From: Thermoanaerobaculia bacterium
GTDB lineage: Bacteria; Acidobacteriota; Thermoanaerobaculia; UBA5066
Direction: 5' to 3'
DNA length: 64,000 bases
Assembly (NCBI GenBank): GCA_963719225.1
Contig: CAVRAY010000001.1
Location: 1,344,001 to 1,408,000, forward strand
The number at the start of each line of letters is the position of its first letter. Position 1 is the first letter of the stretch. Below are positions 37,750 to 49,800 of this stretch, in pieces. Position numbers and translations under genes: made by a program. Under the pieces are notes generated by a model. The model saw nothing but the letters and a program-made list of their open reading frames with translations. It had not been told where the DNA came from and did not search any database.

Positions 37750-37899
37750 CCCGGGCTAGTCTCGGGTTCAAAGTCTGTTCTTCGTGTGGGACGAGGTCAA
37801 TCGATGGGTTCGCCCTCCGGCAGGGCTCCCGTGATTCGCCCCGCTTCGGCGGGTCGTGATGCCGTGCGCCTGCGCTGCCAAAGGGCAAGAACTCCCGAG

Positions 37900-40800
37900 T
37901 TGAGAACTGTTCGCACAATCGCCGTCCTTGCCTCCTTGTGCGTTCTCGCGTCATTCGACGCCGTCGCCCAGCCGGGCGGTCCTTTCGGCACGGCCCAACT
38001 CCAGATCTCGGGCGCCCGGCTCACGATCTACACCGACTCGCTGACGAACGACGCCGACCAGACGCTGAACGTCGGCGAGCCGGGTCGCGTGAGAACGTGT
38101 TATGGCGCGGGAGCCGCTTGCGGTTCCACGACCGCCGGCGCGGTTCCCGGGCTCAAGGTCGTCGGCGAGCTGAGCGGTCCCGAGCTTCCGCAGGCCGTGA
38201 CTTACGAGATTGCGCCGGGCGGAACCTTCTTCCTGCCGGGCTTTCAGCGCGAGGGTGATTACCTTCTCGAGAACATCCGCCTCGTCGAGATGGCGACGGA
38301 TCGCGTCCTGGCGAACGCGGAGCCGTCGCTCGCGACGCTTCACGTCCGCCAGATCCTGCTCGCGTCGGCCACCGTCACGCGGCTCACGCTCGCGGAGCTT
38401 CAGGCGCGTGGCATCGCGCTGACTCAGCAGAATTTCCAGGCCTTCAGCTTCTCGGTCGGTTTTCTCTTCGCCGGCCAGCTCGTGAACATCGAGCTGCCCG
38501 TTCTCTTCCAGACCGACGGGAAGATCCTGCCGCTCGACAAGCAGAAGGTGAAGCTGGACGACCTTCCCGACAGCGTGAGGCACGAAGTGCGCCGCTGGGA
38601 GCCTCCGCAGATCGTCCCGTTCTCGCTGAACCTGCCCCCGAAGGACGCCAAAGATCCCCCGGACGTGGAGCCCGAGGTCCTCAGCGTGCCTCTGTATGGC
38701 GCCATCGTCATTCCCGGCAACGTCTCCTTCCTGAATCAGTTCTTCGACGCGCGCCTCATCGTGGCGAACGGCGCGCCGAACGGGTCGAACGCGACCCTTC
38801 AGAACGTGACGGGTGCGCTGAGGCTGCCCACGGACGGCTCCTTGCGGATCGCCGCGACGACGCCGCCCGTGTCGGTCGGACAGAAGCTTCCGCTCACGAA
38901 GGCGAACGGCAGCGGCGTCGTCGGTCCCGGCGAGCAGGGGACGGCGGGCTGGACCGTGGAGGGGCTCGTCGCCGGGACGCAGACGCTCCGGATGGAGATC
39001 GCCGCGGACCTCGTGAGGCCGGGGCACCTGACCCTGCCGCTCGTGGGCTCCGTGCAGGCCGCCGTGGAAGTGGTCGACGCGCGCTTCAACCTCACGTTCA
39101 ACCACCCGGACGTCGTGCGCGAGGGGGAGGCATACAGCCTTTACGTCACGGTCACGAATCTCTCCCGCGCGGCGCAGAACCTCGTGACCGTCGAGCTCCT
39201 CTCCCAGAACATCACGGGCGCGCACCAGGCCGATCCGACCGATCCGTTCCGGCAGACGATCGCGACGCTCGATCCGGGCGCCTCCGAGACGCTGGAGTTC
39301 CGCCTCGTTTCCGATACGACGGGCAAGTGTGTCGCGACGACGTTCCAGTCGAGCTCGCCGGGCCTTTCGGGCACCATTCACCTGCGCACGGGCGTGGGCG
39401 AGCTGGGCATTCCGCTCTCTCCGGCCTCGCTCGTTCTCCCTCGCTTTTCCGAGCTCCTTCCGCGCGCGCTCCTCACGGCGGACGTGCGCCTGCTCGGGCT
39501 CGCCTACAGCCTCGCGGTTGCGCCCGCGGGGGCCGCGCCTCCAGGGCTGCCGCACGTCGTCAAGAGCGACGTCGTGCGCCGTGCGGTGGATCTGGGCGAA
39601 GCGGGCCAGCGGCTCTACCTCCAGGAGCGCCTCCTCGAATCGCTCGAGGTGCTGGCCCTCGACCAGATGGGGAATCGCGACGATCTCGCCGACTACGACA
39701 CGCTACGGCGCTCGCTCGCAAAAGGAGCCGCCGCCGCGACTGCGCTGTCCGACCTTTTCCGGCAGGAGCAGCAGAACCGGAATCTGGCCGCGGCGGACTT
39801 CGTCGACCACTTCGCCTCCACGACGGACTACGGGCGGCCGTATCTCGCGGCGGGGCTCGTGCCGAACGGCACGCAGCCTTTGCCCGTCCTCGAGGTGCGC
39901 CAGGTCGGGGCCTCCGGCACGAGCTTTCTCGCGCGCACGAGCGACGACGCCACGCGACTGCGGACGGTTCCGTACGGGGAGGTCTATGCGCTCGCCGACG
40001 TCCCGGGCGGTACGACGAGAGCTCCGTTCGCGCTCGTGGGGCGGCTCGATTCCGCGACGTCCTACCGGGTCGACCTCCATGCGCCCGCGACGGGCGCCTC
40101 GGGCCGGTTGATCCTCGTCGTTCCGACGGACGATCTCGCGGGCTTCCGCAAGGTGGACTTCGGCTTCGTCACGATGGGCGCGAACGAGGTCTGGGAGGTG
40201 CGCGCGGTCGGGGCGGCGGGGGACACGCCGCTCTCGTTCGGTCTCTACTTTCCGACGAGCGGAATACCCGTGCCGGGCGTTTCGGCGCCGGCGATCACGG
40301 TACTCCAGCTTCCGCCGTTCCGCGTCATCGGCGCCGTCGAGGACTTCACGCTCGACCGGTATGGCCTCGGCCTGTCGTATCTCTTCAACCGTCCGCCGGA
40401 CAAGGCCGCGGCCGAAACGGCGTCGAGCTACACGATCCGTTCGACGTTCCACGGACAGGACACCTCCTCGCCGCCACTCACGTTCGACAAGGTCGTGACG
40501 AAATCCGGCGGCGCCGCGTTCTGGCAGCCCAACAGCGAGCGCGTCGTGGACGTGCGCTATCAAAGTCCGATCAGCGCGTTGAACGGGCTCGTGGACGGGA
40601 TTCCCGTCATCCGGCACGAGCACCTGCTCGCCACGAATGCGATCCGCGACACGCACGGCACGCCTCTCGAGCCCCAGGTGCCGGCCGCGCTCATCGAACC
40701 GAACCACACGGGCGGACTCGTGGACGGCAGGGTCCTGCTCGGCACGGGAGAGCCGGCGGCCGGGGCGATCGTTCAGCTCATCCGCTATCACAGCGTCGGG

Positions 40801-43800
40801 ACCGAGCCCGGCGGGAGCCCGCTCATCGTGCCGGATCTCGTCGCCGAGACCACGACCTCGAGCGACGGAGCCTTCTATTTCGACTTCATCGAGGAGCCGC
40901 CGCAGAACGCGGTCCTCAGCGGCTTCCATATCAGGGCCACCGTGCCGCCCGGGAGCGACCCGACCCAGCAGCCGGGCGGCTCCGAAGAGGTCTCCTCCAC
41001 CATTCGGCTGCAGAACCGGCTCGTCCACGTGAACATCGCCCTCCTCGGGCGCGGCACGGTCAAGGGGACGCTCGTCTATGCCGACAACGGCGCGCCGGTT
41101 CCGAACGGCCACGTTGCGGCGGCGAGCACCCTCTTCAGCGAAGTGAAGGACGTGGTGGTCGCTTCGGACGGCTCGTTCACGATCAGCGCCCTTCCCGTCG
41201 GACCGATCACGCTGACCGGAAGCGACGCCTCGGGCAATCGCGTCTACCAGACGGTCGCGCTCCAGCAGCCGGGACAGACGGTGAACGTCGCCCTGCGGAT
41301 CCCGCGGACGACTCCCCCGAAGACCGGGACGGTGATCGGGCGCGTGCTCAGGCAGCGAAGCGGGACTCCGCTCCCTCTCCCGGACCCGTCGCCCGGAGCG
41401 CAGGTGGCGGTGTACTCGAACGGCGCCTTCATCGGGCAGGCCGTCTCGGACGCTTCGGGCAGCTTCCGTTTCGAAAAAGTTCCGGAAGGGCAGGTCCAGG
41501 TGCAGGCCGCCGACTTTTCGATCTCGCGGACGCGCGCGATCGGCGGCGCGGTCCTTCCCGCGGACGGCACCGTCTCGATCACCCTCACCCTTTCCGATGC
41601 GGCTCCTCGCGTCGTGACAGGCCGTGTTCTCTTCCACGAGTCGGCGACCAACACGGACGTGCCTGTCCAGGGAGCGGTCGCCTTCATCGTCGGTCCCGGC
41701 GTCTTTGCCTACACGGACGCGAGCGGCACGTACCGCATCGAGGCCGTTCCGGTGCAGGGAGCTTTCGACCCGCCCTACGGGGTGACGGCCATCGACTTCA
41801 CGCGCCAGCTTCAGGGGATCGCGAATCTGCCTCCGATCCTCGACGTGGGAGACGGGTCGCCGATCCGCGCCCCCGACATCGTCCTGAGAGCCATGACGGG
41901 AGGGGTCGACGGCGTCGTGCTCGATCCTCTCGGGCATCCGATCGGGGGAATCAGCGTTCAGATCCCGTTCGGGCCCTCCACGACGACCCGGTCCGACGGG
42001 CATTTTTCCTTCGATGACGTCGGCGTCGGGGGTGTTTCGCTCGTGGCGCACGCGGGCAACGGGCTTTCCCCGGGCAAAGTCGGGTTCTTCGGGACGGGCT
42101 TCGCCGCCATCGTCTTCGGCGGGCACCGCCCGTTCGCGACGATCCGGCTCCAGGGCTCGGGCGTCGTGAACATCCACACGCGGACGGCGACGTCGACCGG
42201 TGTGCTCAGCCCGATCCACTACAAGCCGACCATCTACCGTGACGACACGTACTCCATCGAGGGGAAGCCGGACCCGCCCATCGAGACGACCACGGACCAG
42301 GACGGCCGGCTGCAGCTCATCGTGCCGCTCGGCTCGACGGCCGTCACCGCGTTCTCGGGATTCGGGAGCAAGTCGGTCACCGCCACCCTCAGGTATCCGG
42401 GTGAGGTCGTCAATCTCGAGATCGTCTTCGACTCGTTGTCCACGGTCACCGGCCACGTCGTCGGCGTGGACGGCGTGACGCCCGTTCCGGACGTAGATGT
42501 TTTCCTCACGGCGACGGGCCTCCTGCCGCAAAGGCAGCGCGCCGACGGGCAGGGAGGCTTTCGATACGAGCTCGTACCCTCGGGCTCCGTGTCGGTCACG
42601 ACGGAGGCGCTCGTGGGCTCGGTCGATCGGGTGGGCCGTGCCGACGGCCGCCTCACCTCCGGGCAGACGATCGACCTGACGGTCGTCCTGCGCGCGCAAG
42701 GCACCGTCAAAGGGCGCGTTTTCCAGCTGGTCGGAAGCACCCTCGTGCCCATTCCGTTCGCGCGGTACACCATCAGCGAGAGCGCGTATCCGAATCGGCG
42801 CCTTCCCGGAGGTGTCGCCACGTACGCGACGGACGCGAACGGCGCATACGAGGTGTCACACCTTTTCGCGGGGCCGATCACCGTCGTGGCGGCCGATCCG
42901 GGCCAGGTGACGCGTCAGGGCCGCGCGACGGCGGAGATCACATCGGATTTCCAGGTTCTTCAGATGCCGGACATCGTCCTCGCGACGTCCGTCGGCTCCC
43001 TGAGCGTTCTCGTGCGCGATCCCGAAACCGGGAGTCCCGTGCCCGACTGCCAGATCACCCTCTCGAACGGCGACGTGACCGTGTCCGACGCGCAGGGCCA
43101 GGCCTCGTTCGACGCCCTGCCGCTCGGAACGTACTCCGTCTACGCCTTCCACGCTCCCACGGGGCAGGGAGGCGTCGTGAACGGCCTGCGGCTCCTGAAC
43201 CCCGGCGACCACGTGGACGGCACGATCATCCTCGACACCCGCGGCCAGATCTCGGGCACGCTCTGGGACGACCCGCCGAAGAGCCGGGGCGTCGGGAACG
43301 GTACCGTTCAGCTGACGGGCCGCGTGAACGGACGGCTCTGGGGCACGTCGTTGACGGCGCTCGCGTCCACGTCGTCCGATGCCGCCACACTCGGACGATT
43401 CCTCTTCGACGGCATCCCCGTGGGCAGCTTCACCCTCGTCGCCGCCGTGTCCGATTCCGCCCGCCGCGCCTCCACGTCCCTGGACCTGACGACGACCGCG
43501 CCGGTGGCCGCCGTGGACCTCGTCCTCGAGCAGCTCGAGGACCGCTACGTGCGCATCTTCCAGAATCTCACGGCGGCGCCGCATCTCTTCGAGATCGACC
43601 CGTCCGGCGGCGTTTTCAACGTCGAGCTCACGCAGCCGCCGGGAACCTGCAATCCGAACTGCACGTACGACTTCCTCCTGAGCGTTCCGACGTCGCCCTA
43701 TCCGAATCACCTCTTCAAGTTCCCGGCCGTCTACGCATCCCGCCCGCTTCTCGTCGACGTGCGCGAGGCGAGCGGCGAGCAGCGCAGGGGATCCATTTCG

Positions 43801-46800
43801 GGCCTCGCGAGCCTGCCGGGCGCGGGAAGCGCGAGCGATCCCTACCGCGTGGTGCTGGGCGCGAAGGGCACCGTGAACGTGCTCGTCAGGGACGGCGGGG
43901 GCAATCCCGTTTCCGGCGCGACCGTGACGCTGACCTCGTCCGCCATCAGCCAGTTCGGATCGGCGACGGACGGCAGCGGCCGCGTGACGTTCAACGCGGT
44001 TCCGGGGGGGAACCTCATGGTCTCGGCGAAGCTCAGCTCCACGGGCTTCGGAGGGATCGCGACCGGCGTTCTGACGTACGACGACGAGACCGTCGACTTC
44101 ATCGTGAACCTCGCCCCGGCCGTCTCGGCGCACGGCATCGTCTACCACCCGCTTGCGGGTGACGTCTACACCGGCGATCCCTCCTCCCTCGTGCCCGAGG
44201 ACAAGGCGATCGTCCAGATCCGCGATTCCAGCAACCAGCTCCAGATCGTCCAGACGGGGCCGGACGGGAAATACCGCTTCAACGTCCTCAGGACCGGCGC
44301 CTATGCGATCTCGGCCTCGAACCAGACGGGCGAGTCGGTTGCGGCGGGGGCGGGGACGCTCGCCGGTCCGGACGGGAACGACAACGCCCTGCCCGACCTC
44401 CTCCTGGACGCGTCCCGCCCGCTGATCGTCTCTCTGACGCCTTCGCCGGGGCAGGCTGGCGTCTCGCGCGGCGCGCTCGTGGAGATCGTTTTTTCGGAGC
44501 CGCTTCTCTCCGCCGTCCTCCCGACCGGAGCTCCCTCGTCGCCGTACTTCACCCTGAGGTCGGGCGCGACGGGGCTGATCGCCGTTGGTACGTGGAACAG
44601 TTTGCTGAACACCCAGGGGCAGCAGATCGTCCGCTTCACGCCCTCCGCGCTCTACGACAACTCCACCGTCTACAGCCTCACGATCGCGGGCGGCCCGGGC
44701 GGCGTCCGCGATCGCGCGGGCCGTCCGCTCACCGACTCGGGTGACGTCGGTTCCAACTTCACGACGTCGGACACGGTCGGCGCGAGCGTCGTCGGTTCGG
44801 TTCCGCCCATCACGGTGCCGGTCGATCCCGCGGGAGAGATCCGCTTCGACTTCAGCGAGGTCGTGTCGGGCACGGCCTCGGAGCTGGACGGCGACGGCGT
44901 GGGCGACGCCGCCGAGCTGTTCTGGCAGCAGAACGGAAGCCCGACGTGGCAGCCGATCCCCATCACCATGTTCCTCACGCGCGGCGGCTATTCGCTGACG
45001 GTTCAGCCGCCGTCCGGCGTGACCTATCCGAACGACAGCCTGAAACGGCGCATCCACATCTCGAGGCTGCGGGACGTCTCCGGCAATCCGATGGCCGGCT
45101 ACGACCAGACGTTCCGCATCTGGGACACGAACGCGCCGCACGTGGACGTCGCCTTCCCGCCGGGCGCTCCGGGCGGAGACCTCTTCGGCGGCAACAACTA
45201 CGTGTTGACGCCGGCGCTTTCGAGCCTGGACGACCCTTCGAACGGTCCCGGGGGCGACATCGACCGCGTGGACTACTTCCTCGCCTCGGCCGGCGACCCG
45301 ATCTCGCCGTCCCCGACGCCCGTCTACTCGGGGCGCGTCAGCCCGTTCGCGTTCTCGTTCGTGGCGGCATACGTCGGGAACGGCGTCGACCCGCGTCCGT
45401 TCCCGGTCTGGGTGCAGGCCGTGGACACCTCGACGAACAAGAGCAACGTCGTCAAGCTCGCGATGCAGGTCGTGCCGAATGCGCCGCCCGTCGTCGCGTC
45501 CGTCGGCGCGGCGGCCCTTTCGCCGGTGGCGGGTACCTTCTACGCGGGCTCGGCCGTGAGGGCCACCGCGTTCGGCGTGGCGGATCCCGACGGCTCACAG
45601 GTGACGCTCGCCGTGGAGCTCCGCAGGGATCATCCGGGAGTTCCGAACGATCCCACCGACCTCGTCGCGACGCCGGCGTCGCGTCTCGTCACCCGGCCGC
45701 CGACCGGCTGGCTCGACCTCGTTCCGCCGGACTTCGACACCTCGATCCCCGTCTCGATGGCGGAAGGAACGAGCCTCTTCTTCCGCGTAAAGGCGACCGA
45801 TACGCTCGGCGCTGCGGCGACCGTCGAGAGCCTGCGCTTCGCGGTCGCCCACGATCCGAATCCGCCCACGATCGACAGCTTCGTCGCCCGCGCGGCGGGC
45901 GCGTCGAGCCCCGCCACACGGTTCACGATCGGCCAGAAGTTCGTCGTGGAGTTCCGCGCGCGGGACGCCGAGACCGCCGTGCAGACCGTGTCGCTCGCCC
46001 TGAGCGACGTTTTCGCTTCTCCGCAAGCGGCCACGCTCGTGGCCGGCACGACGAACCTCTACCGCACGGGCGAGCTGACCGTGCCGACCGGTCTGCCGCC
46101 GGCGGGCACGGCGGTCACGGCGACCGCGTCCGCCACGGACTGGGGCGCGAACACGGGGACCGGCACGTTGTCGTTCCTCGTTTCCCCTTCACCCGATCCG
46201 TACGCCCCGGCGGTGGAGTGGATTTCGCCGTGGGAAGGCTCGCTCTGGCCGGCTGCGTACACGTCGGTTCTGTCGGCGCAGGGCGCCGCGCTGCTGCTCC
46301 GCGCGAGCGTCACGGACAAGGACCAGGATGCCTCGGGAGACATTCCCGGCACGATCGTGAGCGTGGAGTTCCGCGGGCCCGCGGACGCGGCGGGGACGCT
46401 CGCGGCGGCGTTCACCCCCGGCATTCTCGTGCCCGGCACGAACGCACCCGGCGCGGGCACTTATCAACTCCAGTGGCGCGTCCCGAACGGCGTCGTGGAC
46501 GGCGCCTCGCTCCCGTTCGAGGTCCGCGCCACCGACACCGGCGGCAACGTCACGACGCAGAGCATGAGGATGCGCGCGTCGAAGTTCCGCAAGGTGTACG
46601 AGGGAGCCCAGACCGCCGCGCTTCCGGGCGACGCCATTCTTGCGCCCGGCGGCGCGGCGTCGGGGCCGGTCTTCCTTCTCGACGGGGCCACTCTCAGCGT
46701 CTACCCGCAGACCGACTCGACGGTGCGGACCCTGACGAGCCTCTTCATCTGGGCGGGCGCGCAGGATGGGACTCTCGTCGTGAACCCGAGCGTGCTCACG

Positions 46801-49800
46801 GCTCCCGAGGTGACCTCCTACGCGTCCTCGGTCCTCTTCTATGCGCTCGAGCTCACCGTCACGGACACGATGGGCCTCGGCGCGGCCTGTCGGATCGACA
46901 TGAGCGCGAGGGGTCTTCTGGGATCGACTCCAACGCAGTCGATGATCCTTCCGGGGCAGACGGGTTCGCAGCAGTACGCGGGCGGCTCGCACGGGGGTTC
47001 GGGCACGCCCGGCTCTCCGAGCGGGGGCTTCGCCCGGACGGATCTCAGCCCCGCCGGCTCCGTCTACGACGCGGTCAAGGATCCATCGCTGCCGGGGGGC
47101 GGCGGCGGCTATGCGACGGGAGGGACCGGCACGACGCCGACGGGCGGCGGGACGGGCGGCGGCGTCGTGAGGCTGCTCGCGCCCGGCGCGACTATGCACC
47201 TCGGTGGCGACGTTCTCGCGGACGGCGGCGACGGACCGGGAGGCTTCACCGGCGGCGGCGGGGCCGGGGGGGCGATCCGCATCGTGGCGGCGCGGATCGA
47301 GGGCGCGGGCACCTTGTCGGCGGGAGGCGGCCGGGGAACGAACGGGAACACCGCGGGCGGCGGAGGCGGCGGCCGCGTGTCGTTGTCCTTCGCGGATCCG
47401 CCGTCGGCCGCTCTCGCCCTGAAGCTCTCCGCCGCCGGCGCACTGAATGCTCCGCCGCCGGACGCGAACGCGCAGCAGCGCGCCGGTGCGGGCACGATTT
47501 ACGTCGAGGAGACGGATGCTTTCGGCGTGCCGAAGGCGCCGGGAAAGCTCATCGTCACGAACGGTTCCGGGAAGCCCGCCTGGCCCACGCCCTTCTCCGG
47601 CGCACAGCGCTTCGGGGCGGTCGAGGCGCACGGCGCGGCGCGACTCGTCTTCGACGACGACCTCTCCGTGGGTCCCGTCGACCCGGGCGCGCTCAACGAT
47701 CGTGCGTCCCTCGCGCTCGACCTGGAAGCGCGAGCCCTGCTGAAGCCCGACCTGCCTCAGATCGCGCTGACGGCTTCGCCGGATGGCGGCGACGTGAAGA
47801 CCGGCCAGCAGCTGTCGGCCTCGTACACGCTCTCGGATCCGCTCGGCTTGTTCGGTTGGATGACTGCGTTTTCACCGTCGGGCTCCACTGCGTCCACGTT
47901 TGCCGACGAGCCCGTCACCTTCTCGAGCGGCGTGCTGTCCTTGCAGGTGCCAGCCAGTCAGCCTCCCGGGCCGATCACGTATTCGTTGCAGGTCAGCGAT
48001 CGGGCGGGACGCTCGCAGTCCGTCACGAAATCGTGGACCGTCCTGCCGGACTCGCCGCCGTCACTCGCGCTGACCGCGCTGACACCCGGTCCGTCGGTCC
48101 TCCCCGGCACCGTGCTCACGGCCACGGCGACCGCCTCTGACGACGTCGGACTCACGCGAGTCGTGTTCACGCTCTCGGGCGCGATCGCGACGTCCGACAC
48201 GCGCAACGTCAATACCGCGTCGACAGTTCAGGTCTTCTCTTACACGTTGCCGAACAACCTCGCGGCGGGCCAGACCGTGGCGCTCCAGGTGGACGCGTTC
48301 GACACGTTCGGCCACAAGACCTCGGCGTCGCCGGTGACGTACACGATCGTCGCCGACACTGTACCGCCCGTGATCACATCGGTAGCGCTCTCGCCCGTGA
48401 AAGCCGGAGACGTCTACACGACGGGAGACGACGTCACGTTCACGGTGACCGCGACCGACAATGTCGCGCTCGCGCGCATCAACCTCACGATCGGCGGCAA
48501 CACGACCCCCTTCACCTCGTCGCCGGCCGTCATCATTTTCCGCGCTCCGAACGTGACCGGCTCGACCCCCTTCACGCTCGACGTGGAAGTGTTCGACGTA
48601 GCGGGCAATCGGTCGACGGCGTCGAGAACGATCAGCGTCGTGCCCGCGGGCGGTGGAACGTTCCCGGTCGTCTCGTTCACGTGCCCCACCGCGGGTGCGT
48701 ACCTGCCGTCGACCTATGCGGCGTTCCAGCTTGTTGCGACGGCCAGCGACGGGGCCGGCATCACGAAGATCGAGTTCTTCCGCCCCGGCGATTCGACGCC
48801 GTTCTCGACCTCCACGCCACCTTCCGGAGCGCCGACCTCGTACGTCGGGACGTCCACGGCGATTACGTTGCCCACGGTCCCGGGCGACACGATCGTGACC
48901 TACCGCGCGCGGGCGTGGAACGCGGCGAGTCATTCCACCGACGTGTCCGTGGACGTCCACGTCGTGCCGACGGTCGACATCGCGACGGCCAAAGCGTCGG
49001 ACGTCGCGGTGGTGCGGACGGGCACCGTCACGCTCGACACCCCGAAGACGTTCGCGGGCCTGGTCATTCTGAAGGGCGCTGCATTGACGCACTCGGCGAC
49101 GTTGGCGGTCGGTGCGGAAAAGTCTCTCAACCTGACGGTGAACGGGCCGACCTACGTCGAGTGCGGCGGGGCGATCAACGTTACGGGGAAGGGATACCCG
49201 TCGGGTATGACGTACCCGGGAGCCGCCCTTTCGGGAGCGGGTGGACATCTCGGGAAAGGGGGCCCCGGCGATACGTATGGGAGCGTCGCTCGGCCGCAGG
49301 AGGCGGGCTCGAACAACGGCGGCGGCATCGTACGGATCTCCTCGTTCTCGGCCTTCGTCGTGGATGGGACGATCGCGGCAGATGGAGCGAACGGAGCGAG
49401 CGGAGCAGCCGGAGGCGCAGGTGGATCGGTCTGGCTGACGACGAGCGGCCTTCTCGCCGGGAGTGGAATCGTCCAGGCGCGGGGGAGCTTGGGTTCTGCC
49501 TCCGCGGGCGGAGGCGGAGGCGGCGCGGTCGCCCTTGAGTTCGGCTCCTCGTCCGGCGGCGTGGTTGCGAATTCGCGCGCGGACGCGCCGAATGCGGGGT
49601 CTAGTGCCACGGGCGGAGCCGGGACGGTTCTCATCAAGGGCCCGGCGTCCCAGTTGGGCGAACTGCGAATCGACCCGCGCGGAGTCTTTTCTGGTCCGCC
49701 TCAAACGGTCCTGCCGTCTTTCGGCTCGGGAACGGCGCAGCCGGGGACGAGCGGCCCGACGCTCGTGACCGACCGTTCGGCTAACGTCCCCGCGTACTTC

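Noticed and set aside
37771-37899. c-di-GMP-I riboswitch (GTGGGACG and GGCAA fragments)
   Set aside because: Lacks the GGCAAAC...GAAA...GACGCAAAGC order and tetraloop/receptor
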